Part shown: positions 26,425-36,318 of the stretch, piece by piece
Layout of the letters: every line of letters starts with the position of its first letter
How positions within the stretch are numbered: the first letter of the stretch is position 1
Assembly (NCBI GenBank): GCA_041666745.1
Contig: JBAYGI010000002.1
Location: 102,291 to 163,316 of the forward strand
Length of the DNA: 61,026 nt
DNA from: Candidatus Magasanikiibacteriota bacterium
GTDB taxonomy: Bacteria; Patescibacteriota; Patescibacteriia; Magasanikbacterales; GWA2-37-8
Direction: 5' to 3'
Translations under genes and position numbers: made by a program
The notes under the pieces: generated by a model
Databases searched by the model: none
The model's input: only the letters and a program-made list of their open reading frames with translations
Told to the model about the DNA's origin: nothing

Positions 26425-27558
26425 ATGATAAAAAGATTTTATAATGATTTAGACAAATGGATAAAACCAGGCAAAGCCCTAATTATTTATGGTCCACGCC
26501 GAGCCGGCAAAACTACGTTACTACGTAATTTTTTGGCTACTACCAAATATAAATATAAATTGGATTCAGGTGATAATATTTCAACACAACAAATATTAAG
26601 CTCGCGTGATTTTAAAACAATTTTAGGCTATGTGGAGGGTTATGAATTATTGGCAATAGATGAAGCGCAAAATATTCCTGATATTGGCTTTGGATTAAAA
26701 ATACTTACAGACGAACGACCGGATTTGCGCATTATTGCCACGGGGTCATCTTCTTTTGATTTATCCAGACAAGTGGGCGAGCCACTTACCGGTAGAAAGA
26801 ATACGGTTATTTTATATCCTTTTGCGCAAATGGAACTTTTGAATAAGTATAATCATTTTGAATTAAAACAAAACTTAGCGGATTTTCTAATTTTTGGATC
26901 TTATCCGGAAGTAGTTATGACGAAAAACAGAATTGATAAAATCACTCTTTTAGAAGAGTTGATGAATTCTTACTTATTGAAAGATATATTGTCTTTAGAA
27001 AAAGTAAAAGGATCAAAAGTGTTGCTCGATTTAGTCAAGTTGTTGGCTTTTCAAATCGGCAATGAAGTATCTCTAAACGAAATGGCAAGTCAGTTGAGTT
27101 TGGATGTAAAAACAGTTGCGCGTTATTTGGATTTATTAGAAAAAAGTTTTGTGATTATTTCTTTGGGTGGTTATGGTAGTAACTTACGAAAAGAGGTCAG
27201 TACTAAAAAGAAATATTATTTTTTGGATACTGGTATTCGCAACGTGGTGATTTCCCAATTTAACAGTTTAGAGGATCGCAATGATATTGGGTTTTTGTGG
27301 GAAAATTTCATAGCGGTTGAAAGATTGAAAAATAGATCTTATAATAATATTTATGGCGGTTATTATTTTTGGAGAACTTACGAACAGGAAGAAATTGATT
27401 TAGTGGAAGATCGTGATGGAAAATTGTTTGGCAGTGAATGCAAATGGTCAGCTCAGAAAGGCGAAAAAACTTTTGCCCCTAAAACTTGGACAAAAGAATA
27501 TCCAAAGGCCGGTTTCAAAGTGATTACCCCTGAAAATTATTTGGATTTTATTGCTTAA
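26425..27558 (+). CDS. AAA+ ATPase of the DUF4143 / COG1373 type
   Basis: Walker A IIYGPRRAGKTTLL, Walker B LLAIDEAQ and a C-terminal EIDLVE restriction-endonuclease-like tail. The listed ORF start 26287 was trimmed to ATG 26425. Confidence 0.8.
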   Translation: MIKRFYNDLDKWIKPGKALIIYGPRRAGKTTLLRNFLATTKYKYKLDSGDNISTQQILSSRDFKTILGYVEGYELLAIDEAQNIPDIGFGLKILTDERPDLRIIATGSSSFDLSRQVGEPLTGRKNTVILYPFAQMELLNKYNHFELKQNLADFLIFGSYPEVVMTKNRIDKITLLEELMNSYLLKDILSLEKVKGSKVLLDLVKLLAFQIGNEVSLNEMASQLSLDVKTVARYLDLLEKSFVIISLGGYGSNLRKEVSTKKKYYFLDTGIRNVVISQFNSLEDRNDIGFLWENFIAVERLKNRSYNNIYGGYYFWRTYEQEEIDLVEDRDGKLFGSECKWSAQKGEKTFAPKTWTKEYPKAGFKVITPENYLDFIA

Positions 27559-27566
27559 CAACTTAT

Positions 27567-27794
27567 CTTTTTGGTTCTGCCGTTCATGGTAAAACTACCA
27601 AATATAGTGATATTGATGTCGCTGTAGTCTCTCAAAAACAGGGAAATTTTTGGGAGGATCGTCAACGTTTGTCCGTAGCTGGTTTACAAGTAGACAATCG
27701 AATTGAATCGCATTTTTTTTCAAGAAAAGATTTTTCAGATTTAAATGATCCTTTAGTATACGAAATTCGTAAAACAGGGATTAGGATTGTATAA
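27567..27794 (+). pseudogene. 5'-truncated minimal nucleotidyltransferase (MNT-type) remnant
   Basis: LFGSAVHGKTTKYSDIDVAVVS...LVYEIRKTGIRIV then stop. The frame opens only at 27534 (just after an in-frame TGA) and has no start codon. Confidence 0.65.
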
Positions 27795-27808
27795 GTATTA
27801 TAACACCT

Positions 27809-27836
27809 AACTACGTCAAATTGACGTAGTTTTTTG
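27809..27836 (+). terminator. Rho-independent terminator
   Basis: AACTACGTCA-AAT-TGACGTAGTT followed by TTTTGTTT. Confidence 0.7.
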
Positions 27837-27851
27837 TTTGAGCTGTGTATT

Positions 27852-27927
27852 TTTTAGCTTGTTTTAGGTAAATATACCTATATACTGACATATTTTATAC
27901 CTGTGGACAAGGTTGTTGTGGATAACT
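27852..27927 (+). repeat. Direct repeat copy 2
   Basis: Identical 60 bp to 26236-26295. Contains TGTGGACAA and a perfect TGTGGATAA (the reverse of TTATCCACA) at 27917-27925. Confidence 0.95.
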
Positions 27928-27969
27928 ATTTTTCGACCAATATTACCATTTGTCCACTATTCTTAAATG

Positions 27970-27978
27970 TGGTATAAT
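27970..27978 (+). promoter_or_regulatory. Extended -10 promoter element TGgTATAAT for the T4SS-like operon
   Basis: Lies inside the listed ORF start (ATGTGGTATAAT). For that reason the CDS start was moved to ATG 28003. Confidence 0.55.
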
Positions 27979-28002
27979 ATCCGTGTAATATTATTCAAAA
28001 AC

Positions 28003-30831
28003 ATGTTCTCAACTTTCAGGCAGAGAACGATTGCTGTGTATCATTTTCTTAAAGCGCGCCGACCGCATTTGGGTGTTTTTGTTTTTGTGTCAATTTTGTT
28101 TTTGGCGGGTTATTTATCTGCTGGGATATATGCGTCCAATACTGGACATTTGAGCATTTTTAGTCCACAGACTGTATTGGCCGCTGATCCTCCAGCCACT
28201 ACCCCTGCTTCCACTCCAGCCGCCGCCGCTTCTCCAGAAGTAGGCATGTTGATGGGATGGATAATCGGACTACTTTTGGCCGGCGCCTCACTCATGTTGC
28301 GTTTGGCGATTTTTTGTTTAGCTTTTATTATTCAGATTGCCGGTTACAATGGTTACCTTAGTTCTACAGCGGTAAATGTCGGTTGGGTGATGGTGCGAGA
28401 TATTACCAATATGTTTTTTGTGGTGATTTTGTTATTGGTTGCGTTTGGTACTATTTTGGGATTGGAGCAATATGAATGGAAAAAAATGTTAGTGAAATTT
28501 TTCTTGGCCGCGGTGTTGGTGAATTTCAGCCGTATAATTTGTGGAGTGATTATCGACGTCGGTCAAGTGGTGATGATCACTTTCGTCAACGGTATCGCCG
28601 CGACTGCCGGTGGAAATTTGATCAACGCGTTTAGCATGGACAAGATTTTTTCTTTGTCTCAAAATTCTTCTTCCACCACAATCACCGATACCAAAGAATT
28701 GTTTATCGCAGCGGTGGCAGCGATAACTTTTTCAGCGATTATTTTGGCGATGATGCTAGTATTTGTATTTATGTTGACCGCACGTTTGATTGTACTTTGG
28801 ATTTTAATTGTTTTATCTCCATTTGCCTTTGTGCTCAGTGTGATTCCGCAAACTCAAAAATTTGCTTCACAATGGTGGAGTGAATTTGGCAACCATGTAG
28901 TGGTTGGTCCGGCGGTGGTATTTTTTATGTGGCTATCTTTTGCGGTGGTTGGCAGTGGACAGATCAATGCCGAAATTTCCGGTAGTAGCGCGACACCTGA
29001 AAATGCAAAAATCGGAGACAAAGATTCAGCCGGTATTGGCGATGTTATGGATTGGAATAAAATGTCCAATTTTGCGATTGCGATTGGTATTTTGTTGGTG
29101 GGCGCGAAAACAGCCCAGTCACTTGGTACGATAGGTGGTAGTGCGATGAGCAAAGCAACCGACTTCGGCAAGAAAGTGGCGATGGTGGCCTCTGGCGCGA
29201 GCGCGGCCATGTGGGCGGGTGGCAAAGCCAAACAGGGAGCTATTGCTTCTGCCAAATGGGGAGCGATGAATGTGCCGTTGATTGGTGGCCAATCTTGGCA
29301 GAGACGCGGGTTGGCGGCGAAAGATAAATTGTTGCAAGGGGCTGAATGGTATAACAAAAAAATAGGATCAAAAGTTGGTCTTGGATTGCAATTTGGACAT
29401 CATGAAAAAATGATGAAAGAACGACAGGCAGCGATTGAAGTACGCAAAGGTAATTTATCCAGTAGTGTCAAAGGTTACCAAGGGTGGGGAAAGGAAAAAA
29501 AGCCTGGCAGTGTGGAGGAATATCGCGCCTATGTGGATAATATAACAGGTATGCAAATGGTGACCAAAGAAGGTTCGGAAGCATTGCGCACCTCGCGCAA
29601 ATCGGCCGCTCAACGAGAAACTTTGGAACAAAAACCGGAATTGCGCGAGAAATATGCTTTGCGTACCACCGCGCAAAAAGTTGAAGCAGCTAAATTGGAA
29701 CAGGCCAAATCACAGATTGAGCTTGATGTTGTTCAGGGAGATTTGGTAAAAGGAATAGCAGGCGCTCCTGGTGGTGGAGAACGACTGGTTGAGTCTTTGT
29801 ATGGTAGAGATGCAACTCAAAAAGCGCTAATCGCTGAACGTGGTGGCAAAGTGGAAAAAATTACCCAAATGCGCACAAAAGAAAGTTCTGTTGTGGAAGA
29901 TCAAGCCGCCGAATTGGTATCGTTAGAAAATTCTATAAAAACACTGACCGCGGCCTTGGACGGGCTCGCACCTGACGGTAAGAATGCCTCCGCGACATAC
30001 AACTCATTGCCTAAAGATTTACAAGAGAAAGTATTAGGAGACAGAAAAACACTAGAGGGTGAAGAAAGGTTTAAAAAAGTCACAGGTAATGATCTGGCCG
30101 CGAGGGAGGCAATTATTGAGGTGGTTACCGATTCGTTGAATAAAACCAAAGAAAAATATGAACAAGAGAAATTGAAATTCGGTGACGTTCAAATTGGTGT
30201 TGGAGGAGATTTTGGTAAACAGCTTGCTTTGTTAGAAGCGATTCAAAAAGAAATTGCTAAAGAAAATAAAAAGAGCGGTACGGGTGATTGGGCAGGTATT
30301 CTTAAGAATTTTGAAGGTACTATAGAAGAAGTTGGGTTTGACAGCAAACTCGGGACCAAACAGTTTGATAGGGATTTCATAAATAGAAATCAGGGTCGCA
30401 ATTTAGAATCGGCGGCCTTGGCTTTGAAAAATATGCAAAGACAAAAAGAGGCATATGAAAAAAATCCACTTGCAAATGCGGCACCAAATTTAGCAATCGC
30501 CGCCAGTAAATCCAGTATCGAACTGATATCCAAACAAAAGCGTGAAATTTCCGGCAATATAAACATAAGTGAAGTTTCCGGTAGTCCTGCCAAGGCAAGC
30601 ACTTTGAAAGACATTGTAAGCAAAGCCGGATTAGCGCCTGGTGCTATTGATAGTGGTTTAGATGATAGAGCAATAGAAGAAGCATTGAGGAAAATCAAAG
30701 CTTCACAGACAGACATTGATCCCAAGTTAAATGACTTAGGAATAAACATGGAGGCAATTGAAAAAATGTTTAAAGAATTAAAGCGCGGTGGTGATCCGGC
30801 AGTACAACGTCTTGTTAAAAGCATGCTGTAA
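28003..30831 (+). CDS. Large polytopic membrane protein, VirB6/TrbL/ConG-like, with a long hydrophilic C-terminal region
   Basis: About eight hydrophobic helices in the first ~400 aa (e.g. VGWVMVRDITNMFFVVILLLVAFGTILG, LVNFSRIICGVIIDVGQ), then ~550 aa of charged, coiled-coil-like sequence. It is the first gene of the VirB4 operon. Confidence 0.45.
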   Translation: MFSTFRQRTIAVYHFLKARRPHLGVFVFVSILFLAGYLSAGIYASNTGHLSIFSPQTVLAADPPATTPASTPAAAASPEVGMLMGWIIGLLLAGASLMLRLAIFCLAFIIQIAGYNGYLSSTAVNVGWVMVRDITNMFFVVILLLVAFGTILGLEQYEWKKMLVKFFLAAVLVNFSRIICGVIIDVGQVVMITFVNGIAATAGGNLINAFSMDKIFSLSQNSSSTTITDTKELFIAAVAAITFSAIILAMMLVFVFMLTARLIVLWILIVLSPFAFVLSVIPQTQKFASQWWSEFGNHVVVGPAVVFFMWLSFAVVGSGQINAEISGSSATPENAKIGDKDSAGIGDVMDWNKMSNFAIAIGILLVGAKTAQSLGTIGGSAMSKATDFGKKVAMVASGASAAMWAGGKAKQGAIASAKWGAMNVPLIGGQSWQRRGLAAKDKLLQGAEWYNKKIGSKVGLGLQFGHHEKMMKERQAAIEVRKGNLSSSVKGYQGWGKEKKPGSVEEYRAYVDNITGMQMVTKEGSEALRTSRKSAAQRETLEQKPELREKYALRTTAQKVEAAKLEQAKSQIELDVVQGDLVKGIAGAPGGGERLVESLYGRDATQKALIAERGGKVEKITQMRTKESSVVEDQAAELVSLENSIKTLTAALDGLAPDGKNASATYNSLPKDLQEKVLGDRKTLEGEERFKKVTGNDLAAREAIIEVVTDSLNKTKEKYEQEKLKFGDVQIGVGGDFGKQLALLEAIQKEIAKENKKSGTGDWAGILKNFEGTIEEVGFDSKLGTKQFDRDFINRNQGRNLESAALALKNMQRQKEAYEKNPLANAAPNLAIAASKSSIELISKQKREISGNINISEVSGSPAKASTLKDIVSKAGLAPGAIDSGLDDRAIEEALRKIKASQTDIDPKLNDLGINMEAIEKMFKELKRGGDPAVQRLVKSML

Positions 30832-30849
30832 TAATTAATTTTGTTTAAT

Positions 30850-31707
30850 ATGAGCAAAACAGAAGCAATGGGTAAGGGTGGGGAGGAAAGAAAATTTGTG
30901 CCTAGTTTGGCACAGGCTGCTGAAGCGGCTATTAGAGCAAAGTGGCCGGAAATAGTCACCGCGAGAGCCGCGGTAGCATCAGACGAGAGACAAATTTTTG
31001 GTGCTCTAGCCGATGATACTTTTAAACAGAAAATAAAACAAAAAGCCCTGTTTGATCGCTATGGAATTACTGTTCCGACAGATGCCGGAGTCGCCGCGGT
31101 CGAAAAAATAAAAGCTAAATATTTTAGTAAGATGGACAAAGATCAGTTGGTGGATTCGTTTAAAAGTATGACCAGTCGTATTTCTGTAAAGCGTCGCGAA
31201 GATCCGAATTATGCCAGTAGCACCGAACATCAAGAGGATAAGTATTGGTTGTTTGCATTATTGCAGAGAATGCAAGACACGAGGTACCTAGATGATCCTC
31301 AAGGTACGGCCGAAGAAGAAATAATGTCAGATATCGCTTCTGCTATGGGTGATTCCAGTGAGTATTCAAGTTATTTGGAATCTTATCGCAATAGTAAACG
31401 TGATCAACCTACTGTGGCCAATTCCAATTCCGAGCAAGGTTTTGATCTGAACGATATCTTGGGAAACGGTTCAAAAAAAGAAGCTCTCAAATCCGCTCTA
31501 ACCAAGATTAGTCTGACCGCCGATTTGTTGAGTTCGACAATAAGTCCAAATGAAATCGAAAGTTTGCTGTTGCAAGTAGACAGAGGATTGACCAATTATG
31601 ATTTGAATCCGATTGGTATCAGTGCCAATGATCTAAAGCTATTTATTAGAAATTTACCGTCAGCCGGTTCCAGAACAATAAATGATTTAAAAACCATTAT
31701 TTCTTAA
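30850..31707 (+). CDS. Hypothetical soluble protein (T4SS-like operon)
   Basis: Long ORF in the same strand, 18 nt after the previous stop. No TM helix or recognisable motif. Confidence 0.6.
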   Translation: MSKTEAMGKGGEERKFVPSLAQAAEAAIRAKWPEIVTARAAVASDERQIFGALADDTFKQKIKQKALFDRYGITVPTDAGVAAVEKIKAKYFSKMDKDQLVDSFKSMTSRISVKRREDPNYASSTEHQEDKYWLFALLQRMQDTRYLDDPQGTAEEEIMSDIASAMGDSSEYSSYLESYRNSKRDQPTVANSNSEQGFDLNDILGNGSKKEALKSALTKISLTADLLSSTISPNEIESLLLQVDRGLTNYDLNPIGISANDLKLFIRNLPSAGSRTINDLKTIIS

Positions 31708-31717
31708 TTGATATTTT

Positions 31718-33643
31718 ATGAGTGATGCACGTACAGGAGATACAGTAAGAGGAGGAATCGATCTCACACCTAGAGCGGCAGGTGATCATGTTACCAGTCT
31801 TATTTTAGAAAATAAGCCGGAGAATTTACCGGAACACATTAAAAGTAGATTGGCTTTAGATTTGGATAAAAATAAAACAGCCGATTATAGTCGTATGAAT
31901 TTGACTGAAGTGTTTTCAGTGTTTGGTTGTGATACCGCGCAAACTATCAATCATTGGCGTGTGGCCAAAATATTAGATGGTGTAAATTTTGCCTCTCGAG
32001 AATTAAAAATTTGTGATGGTATTGGTTATGGCGAGGTAATCGAAAAAGTTTACAAGCGTATAGAAGAGGGAAAAGTAGATGAAAAATTTATTACGATAAA
32101 AGTTCTTAGTCCTGATTCACCAAATGAAGAGGTGGAAACAAATGCCAGTTTGGCGGATATGGCATATCTCATCGATGTGGTTTCGGCCAATCGAAATTTG
32201 GGAACTTACAAAACTGATTTACGCCGAGTTGTTTTTAATTATTTTACCGGAAAAAGTTTGGAGGTAGAAGTCGGTGGCTTAGAGGGTCAAGAAAAACAGA
32301 AAGTAGATTTGTTGGATAAGAAAAACAATCCGCGCGATGATTTTGCTGATTTGGATATAAAATCTTATTTGGCATTTATCAAAAAAACGGACACCCAAGT
32401 TGGCTTGCAAATGTTGCAGGCTTGGGTTTATACCTCAGCTCAACATCGTGAAATGGGTGGTCAGGCAGAAGTGGTTCGGCAAACAGATGGCACATTAATT
32501 TTTATTCCGCTCAGTGGACGTATGGCCTCGGAGCGTACTTTGACCGAATTACAAAAAAGTGGAACAGGTGGAATGGATGGTCAGCCACAAGAGGTGGGTG
32601 AGATGGATGAAAATACCGGCGTAACTGTACGTTTTAGAATAGCTGATTTGGAACAAAGAAAAAGAGGTGGAAATATTCGTAATGTTAGTAAATCACAGCG
32701 TTTGGCCAAAGCCATGTGCGGTTTGACTTCCAAAGAGAACGGTAATGACAATATTCAGGCAGAAATGATTGGTAAAGAAAAAAAGAAAGTTGTTTATCTT
32801 TGTGGACAAAATTTGGGTGGGAAAGTTATTGATGGTATAGGAAATCATTACAACAAAACAATGAAAGCGGTGCGTGGTTTTGGGCTAAGTAAAGATGAGG
32901 CCGCTGATATTGCTTTTACTGATGTGTTTGCCCCTTGTATTGTCAACAATGAAAACGATTGGCTGGATGCGTTGGGGGTAAGTTTTAGTATGGGTAAAAC
33001 GGGTAGTACGTCATTGATTAATAATAAAGAAAATTTCGGAGAACATGTTTTGAGAATCAGATGTCGTAATTGGGAAAAATCAAACGAAGGTTACCCGATT
33101 GAATGGATGACCTTTACCGGTATGACCGGTGAAAAAGGATTGCGCGCTTATGTGGCTTGGCGTGCCGGACGTGGAGATATTGATCAAGCCGGTGCGGTGC
33201 GTTTTGCTGATGCTGAATTGATTGAAGACAATGCAAAGGGTGAAGCTAAATATGAAGAGTATGTAAAAAGCACTATCAACGATGTGGAAGGCAGGAAAAT
33301 TAGAGAATTATTGGAATATGTTTTGGGTGATGGGGGAGATAAATTGGTTGATCGTTTTGTCGCCAATGGTGGTGAAACCGCAGAGTTTGAAAATGTAATC
33401 AAGAGAGGTAATAAAGTTGTCAAAAAAGAGGTCTTGGCTTTTGATGATTATTTAGCGCCACGTTTTACTGAAAAACGTGAAGCGGCTGATCCAAGGGTAC
33501 GCGAATTGCTTATGGAAATTTATGATGGTGTGGATATTGATTGGACAGATACCAGAGACGTAGATCCTGAAGCAGTAATTGGCGGTTTGTTGGTAATGTT
33601 GCGAAAATTACCAAAGAAAGAAAGAGAAAAAATACAAAAGTAA
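31718..33643 (+). CDS. Hypothetical 641-aa soluble protein (T4SS-like operon)
   Basis: Long ORF after a 10-nt gap. No TM helix, signal peptide or recognisable motif. Confidence 0.6.
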   Translation: MSDARTGDTVRGGIDLTPRAAGDHVTSLILENKPENLPEHIKSRLALDLDKNKTADYSRMNLTEVFSVFGCDTAQTINHWRVAKILDGVNFASRELKICDGIGYGEVIEKVYKRIEEGKVDEKFITIKVLSPDSPNEEVETNASLADMAYLIDVVSANRNLGTYKTDLRRVVFNYFTGKSLEVEVGGLEGQEKQKVDLLDKKNNPRDDFADLDIKSYLAFIKKTDTQVGLQMLQAWVYTSAQHREMGGQAEVVRQTDGTLIFIPLSGRMASERTLTELQKSGTGGMDGQPQEVGEMDENTGVTVRFRIADLEQRKRGGNIRNVSKSQRLAKAMCGLTSKENGNDNIQAEMIGKEKKKVVYLCGQNLGGKVIDGIGNHYNKTMKAVRGFGLSKDEAADIAFTDVFAPCIVNNENDWLDALGVSFSMGKTGSTSLINNKENFGEHVLRIRCRNWEKSNEGYPIEWMTFTGMTGEKGLRAYVAWRAGRGDIDQAGAVRFADAELIEDNAKGEAKYEEYVKSTINDVEGRKIRELLEYVLGDGGDKLVDRFVANGGETAEFENVIKRGNKVVKKEVLAFDDYLAPRFTEKREAADPRVRELLMEIYDGVDIDWTDTRDVDPEAVIGGLLVMLRKLPKKEREKIQK

Positions 33644-33669
33644 AATTTTTAAATTTGCCTTTAAAAATT

Positions 33670-34788
33670 ATGGATAATCCATTTGAAATAAAATTAGCGG
33701 AAATTTGCGCCAAAGCGGTCGGTGATGAAACCAGTAAAAAGGCGGCGCTGGCCAGGTGTGCTAATTTTGGTTTGTCCAATCGAGAAGAGTTTTTACTGAA
33801 TTCTATTTTTGGACCAACACCGGATAATGTTCTGATTCTTTTGGATTTGTATGATACTTATCTGCCATATGTGCGAGGGCAAAAAGACAATGGTCGTTTT
33901 ATTGCCGATTGGGACAGCGCCAATAAATTAATTTTGGATGCGATTAATTTGGATACGGTTGAAATGTTTGGAATGTTTCTGCGTTCAATCTTTGTCTGGA
34001 ATGGAGAAAAAAAATATGAATCCGCCGTGCGCGAAGTGCTTCGAAAATTCGAAGATTATACTGCCGGCACTCTCGAATTTGATGAAATATCTGTATTTTG
34101 GTCGGAGGTTTATTACAAATTAATTCTTTTGATAGTTGCTGAAAATTTGAGTTTTCTGACCGAAGAAATGCAGAAGTTTTTTATCAATTCAAAAATGCTT
34201 TTTGAAGCGATTGCTTCTGGTGTTGATTTGGATCAAAAAATCAATCAATCAATCAATTATTTTGATTACTTGGATCTTCGTCGTGAATTAGCTTCTACCT
34301 TCGCCGTTTTTCTTTATGTCAACGAACAAAACATCGGCTTTAATCCCGCCACCGGCGAACCGGTTAAACTGGCTTTTTGGATTGATAAATTCAGAGTTTA
34401 TAGTAATAAAAAATTTGATGGTTTGAGTTTGATAAATTTTATTCAAGACGAGAAAACTTGGGGTGAATTCAACGATGGTTTCAGTCGAATGATAATCAAT
34501 AGCGTTTTGATGATATACGGTCATCTGGTAAGCGGATATTATGTATATCCACCGGCTAGTGAAGAGGTGGTGCGAAGCGCGCCGGTGAAAAAGATTGAAC
34601 CGGAAACGCCGACATACGGCGATATCAGAAAACTAGTGGAAGAAAAAACATCTCAATTGACCGACGATGATAAACCAACAGAAATTATTAATTTGTTAAA
34701 TAATTTTTCTGTACAGTATAATGATCCGACAATATTGGATTTATATTATTTTGACGAACCAAGTGGTGAGTTTAAATGGAGGGAATAA
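33670..34788 (+). CDS. Hypothetical soluble protein (T4SS-like operon)
   Basis: Long ORF. ATG 33670 is preferred over the listed TTG 33655. Confidence 0.6.
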   Translation: MDNPFEIKLAEICAKAVGDETSKKAALARCANFGLSNREEFLLNSIFGPTPDNVLILLDLYDTYLPYVRGQKDNGRFIADWDSANKLILDAINLDTVEMFGMFLRSIFVWNGEKKYESAVREVLRKFEDYTAGTLEFDEISVFWSEVYYKLILLIVAENLSFLTEEMQKFFINSKMLFEAIASGVDLDQKINQSINYFDYLDLRRELASTFAVFLYVNEQNIGFNPATGEPVKLAFWIDKFRVYSNKKFDGLSLINFIQDEKTWGEFNDGFSRMIINSVLMIYGHLVSGYYVYPPASEEVVRSAPVKKIEPETPTYGDIRKLVEEKTSQLTDDDKPTEIINLLNNFSVQYNDPTILDLYYFDEPSGEFKWRE

Positions 34789-35849
34789 ATATGGTAGACA
34801 CACAACCGACAATTTTAGTAAAAAAAGCCGACGGCACGACCGAGCGGATTACTTTGGCTGAATTAAAAGCACGCCAGACCAAACCGGTTGCTGTGGTAGC
34901 TACTATTGTTCCTGAAAAAATAAAAATTGAGGAACCAAAAATTGAGTTGTCAAAAATTGAACAACCAAAAATTGAAAAACCACATGGTCTGGTGATTGGT
35001 CCAATTGAAAAAAATTTACCGGAATTAAATGTATTGGCACAAAACAAAATAGTTCAAGCCCCATTAAAATCCGAAGATTTAAAACCACTCCTTCATGAAG
35101 TCGCGCCAGATAGCCCGCATACTGATAGCAATATTGCCACCGCCCGTGTTGATCAAGTTTCCAAAATAATTCTCGGTTTATCGTTTAAAGTACCACCACA
35201 ATTTGAAAATCGTTTGCGTAGCGGTGTGCAGTTGCGTTTGAAAGATATTCGCAGTGAAGCGGACACTCGTGATTTGTGCCTACGATCCATCAAAGACGGT
35301 GGTTTGGGTCTGACGCAATCGCAGGCGGATGAATTGGTGTCCAAAACACATCCTACCGCATCACCTCTAGTCAAAAAAGATCAGATATCACATGCGCCGA
35401 TTTTGCCACCAATGCCGGTAATAGAAATTATGAAAAAAAGTGACAAGGAAGCGGCGGTAGAAAAATTTCTCAATCCAATTCGTTCCAACCCGCCACAATC
35501 TTTGAAGCCTTTGATGCATGACGTGAAAGCCAAGCCGGCATCGATGAGCCCACTTGATGAAATTCAGTATTTTTCTTTGATTGATCTGCGTCGTTTGTCT
35601 TCTCAACCATCAGAAGCGGTGAGTCGTTTGAAACAAAAATTTGTGAATTTAAAAGATGAATCATTTTTGTTGTTTATGGATTCATGGAATGCTTGGCGCA
35701 ATAGTCCGCTTTACCAAAGTTATACGGAAGTAGTGGATTCGGCTCTGTCGCAAAAATTAAGTTTAAATACAGTTTTGGATTCCAAAGAAAAAATTTCACT
35801 TCCAGAGATTGAAGCATTGGTCAAAATGGAAAAAGAATTAGATATTTAA
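34776..35849 (+). CDS. Hypothetical protein with a KIEEPKIE-type short repeat (T4SS-like operon)
   Basis: Long ORF overlapping the upstream gene by 13 nt. Contains EKIKIEEPKIELSKIEQPKIEKP. Confidence 0.55.
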   Translation: MEGINMVDTQPTILVKKADGTTERITLAELKARQTKPVAVVATIVPEKIKIEEPKIELSKIEQPKIEKPHGLVIGPIEKNLPELNVLAQNKIVQAPLKSEDLKPLLHEVAPDSPHTDSNIATARVDQVSKIILGLSFKVPPQFENRLRSGVQLRLKDIRSEADTRDLCLRSIKDGGLGLTQSQADELVSKTHPTASPLVKKDQISHAPILPPMPVIEIMKKSDKEAAVEKFLNPIRSNPPQSLKPLMHDVKAKPASMSPLDEIQYFSLIDLRRLSSQPSEAVSRLKQKFVNLKDESFLLFMDSWNAWRNSPLYQSYTEVVDSALSQKLSLNTVLDSKEKISLPEIEALVKMEKELDI

Positions 35850-35852
35850 AGT

Positions 35853-36281
35853 ATGGAACAGTTTGTCGTGCCACAATTTATCGACGTTGAAGATAAAATT
35901 TTCGGACCGGTAACCGCGCGTCAGTTTGTTATTTTATTGGTGGCAGGTTTGGTTTTATTTGTCGCGTATAAAATAGCCGATCTCACTTTGTTTATTTTTA
36001 TGTTAGCTACTATTGGAGGGGGTTCTTTGATTTTGGCTTTTGTAAAAATTAACGGACAAGCTTTTCATTATTTTCTTTTAAATTTATTTCAGACATTACG
36101 TCGCCCCAGTCGTCGTATTTGGTATAAGAGTGACAGCAAAGAAGAGCTTGAGGAATTGCGTAAAGGTGAAAAAATTGAGATAATGGAGAAGCCTTCTGAG
36201 ATACCGAGATTATCTTACAATCGTATTCGTGATTTATCGTTGGCGGTGAATACCGGTGGTTATTATAAGCCGGAAGAATAA
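35853..36281 (+). CDS. PrgI-family (VirB3-like) small membrane protein
   Basis: MEQFVVPQFIDVEDKIFGPVTARQFVILLVAG followed by two TM helices. It sits directly upstream of VirB4, as in Gram-positive T4SS loci. Confidence 0.7.
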   Translation: MEQFVVPQFIDVEDKIFGPVTARQFVILLVAGLVLFVAYKIADLTLFIFMLATIGGGSLILAFVKINGQAFHYFLLNLFQTLRRPSRRIWYKSDSKEELEELRKGEKIEIMEKPSEIPRLSYNRIRDLSLAVNTGGYYKPEE

Positions 36282-36285
36282 AATA

Positions 36286-36309
36286 GATTCCCGCTTTCGC
36301 GGGAATGAC
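36286..36309. repeat. Family C hairpin element
   Basis: GATTCCCGCTTTCGCGGGAATGAC, located in the 37-nt gap between the PrgI-like gene and the next gene. Confidence 0.85.
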
Positions 36310-36318
36310 ATATACATT

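Noticed and set aside
26286-27958. Cluster of DnaA-box-like sequences as the chromosomal replication origin
   Set aside because: No dnaA or dnaN gene is adjacent and no obvious AT-rich 13-mer unwinding element is present. The same motif is scattered at other promoters across the window (16.6, 53.5, 54.1, 55.0 and 60.7 kb). I therefore interpret the boxes as regulatory sites. This is not formally excluded without GC-skew analysis.
28854-30959. Antisense ORFs 28854-29357 and 30390-30959 within the VirB6-like gene
   Set aside because: They lie opposite a long, well-supported ORF. Their Ala/Pro/Ser-rich shadow translations have no start context.
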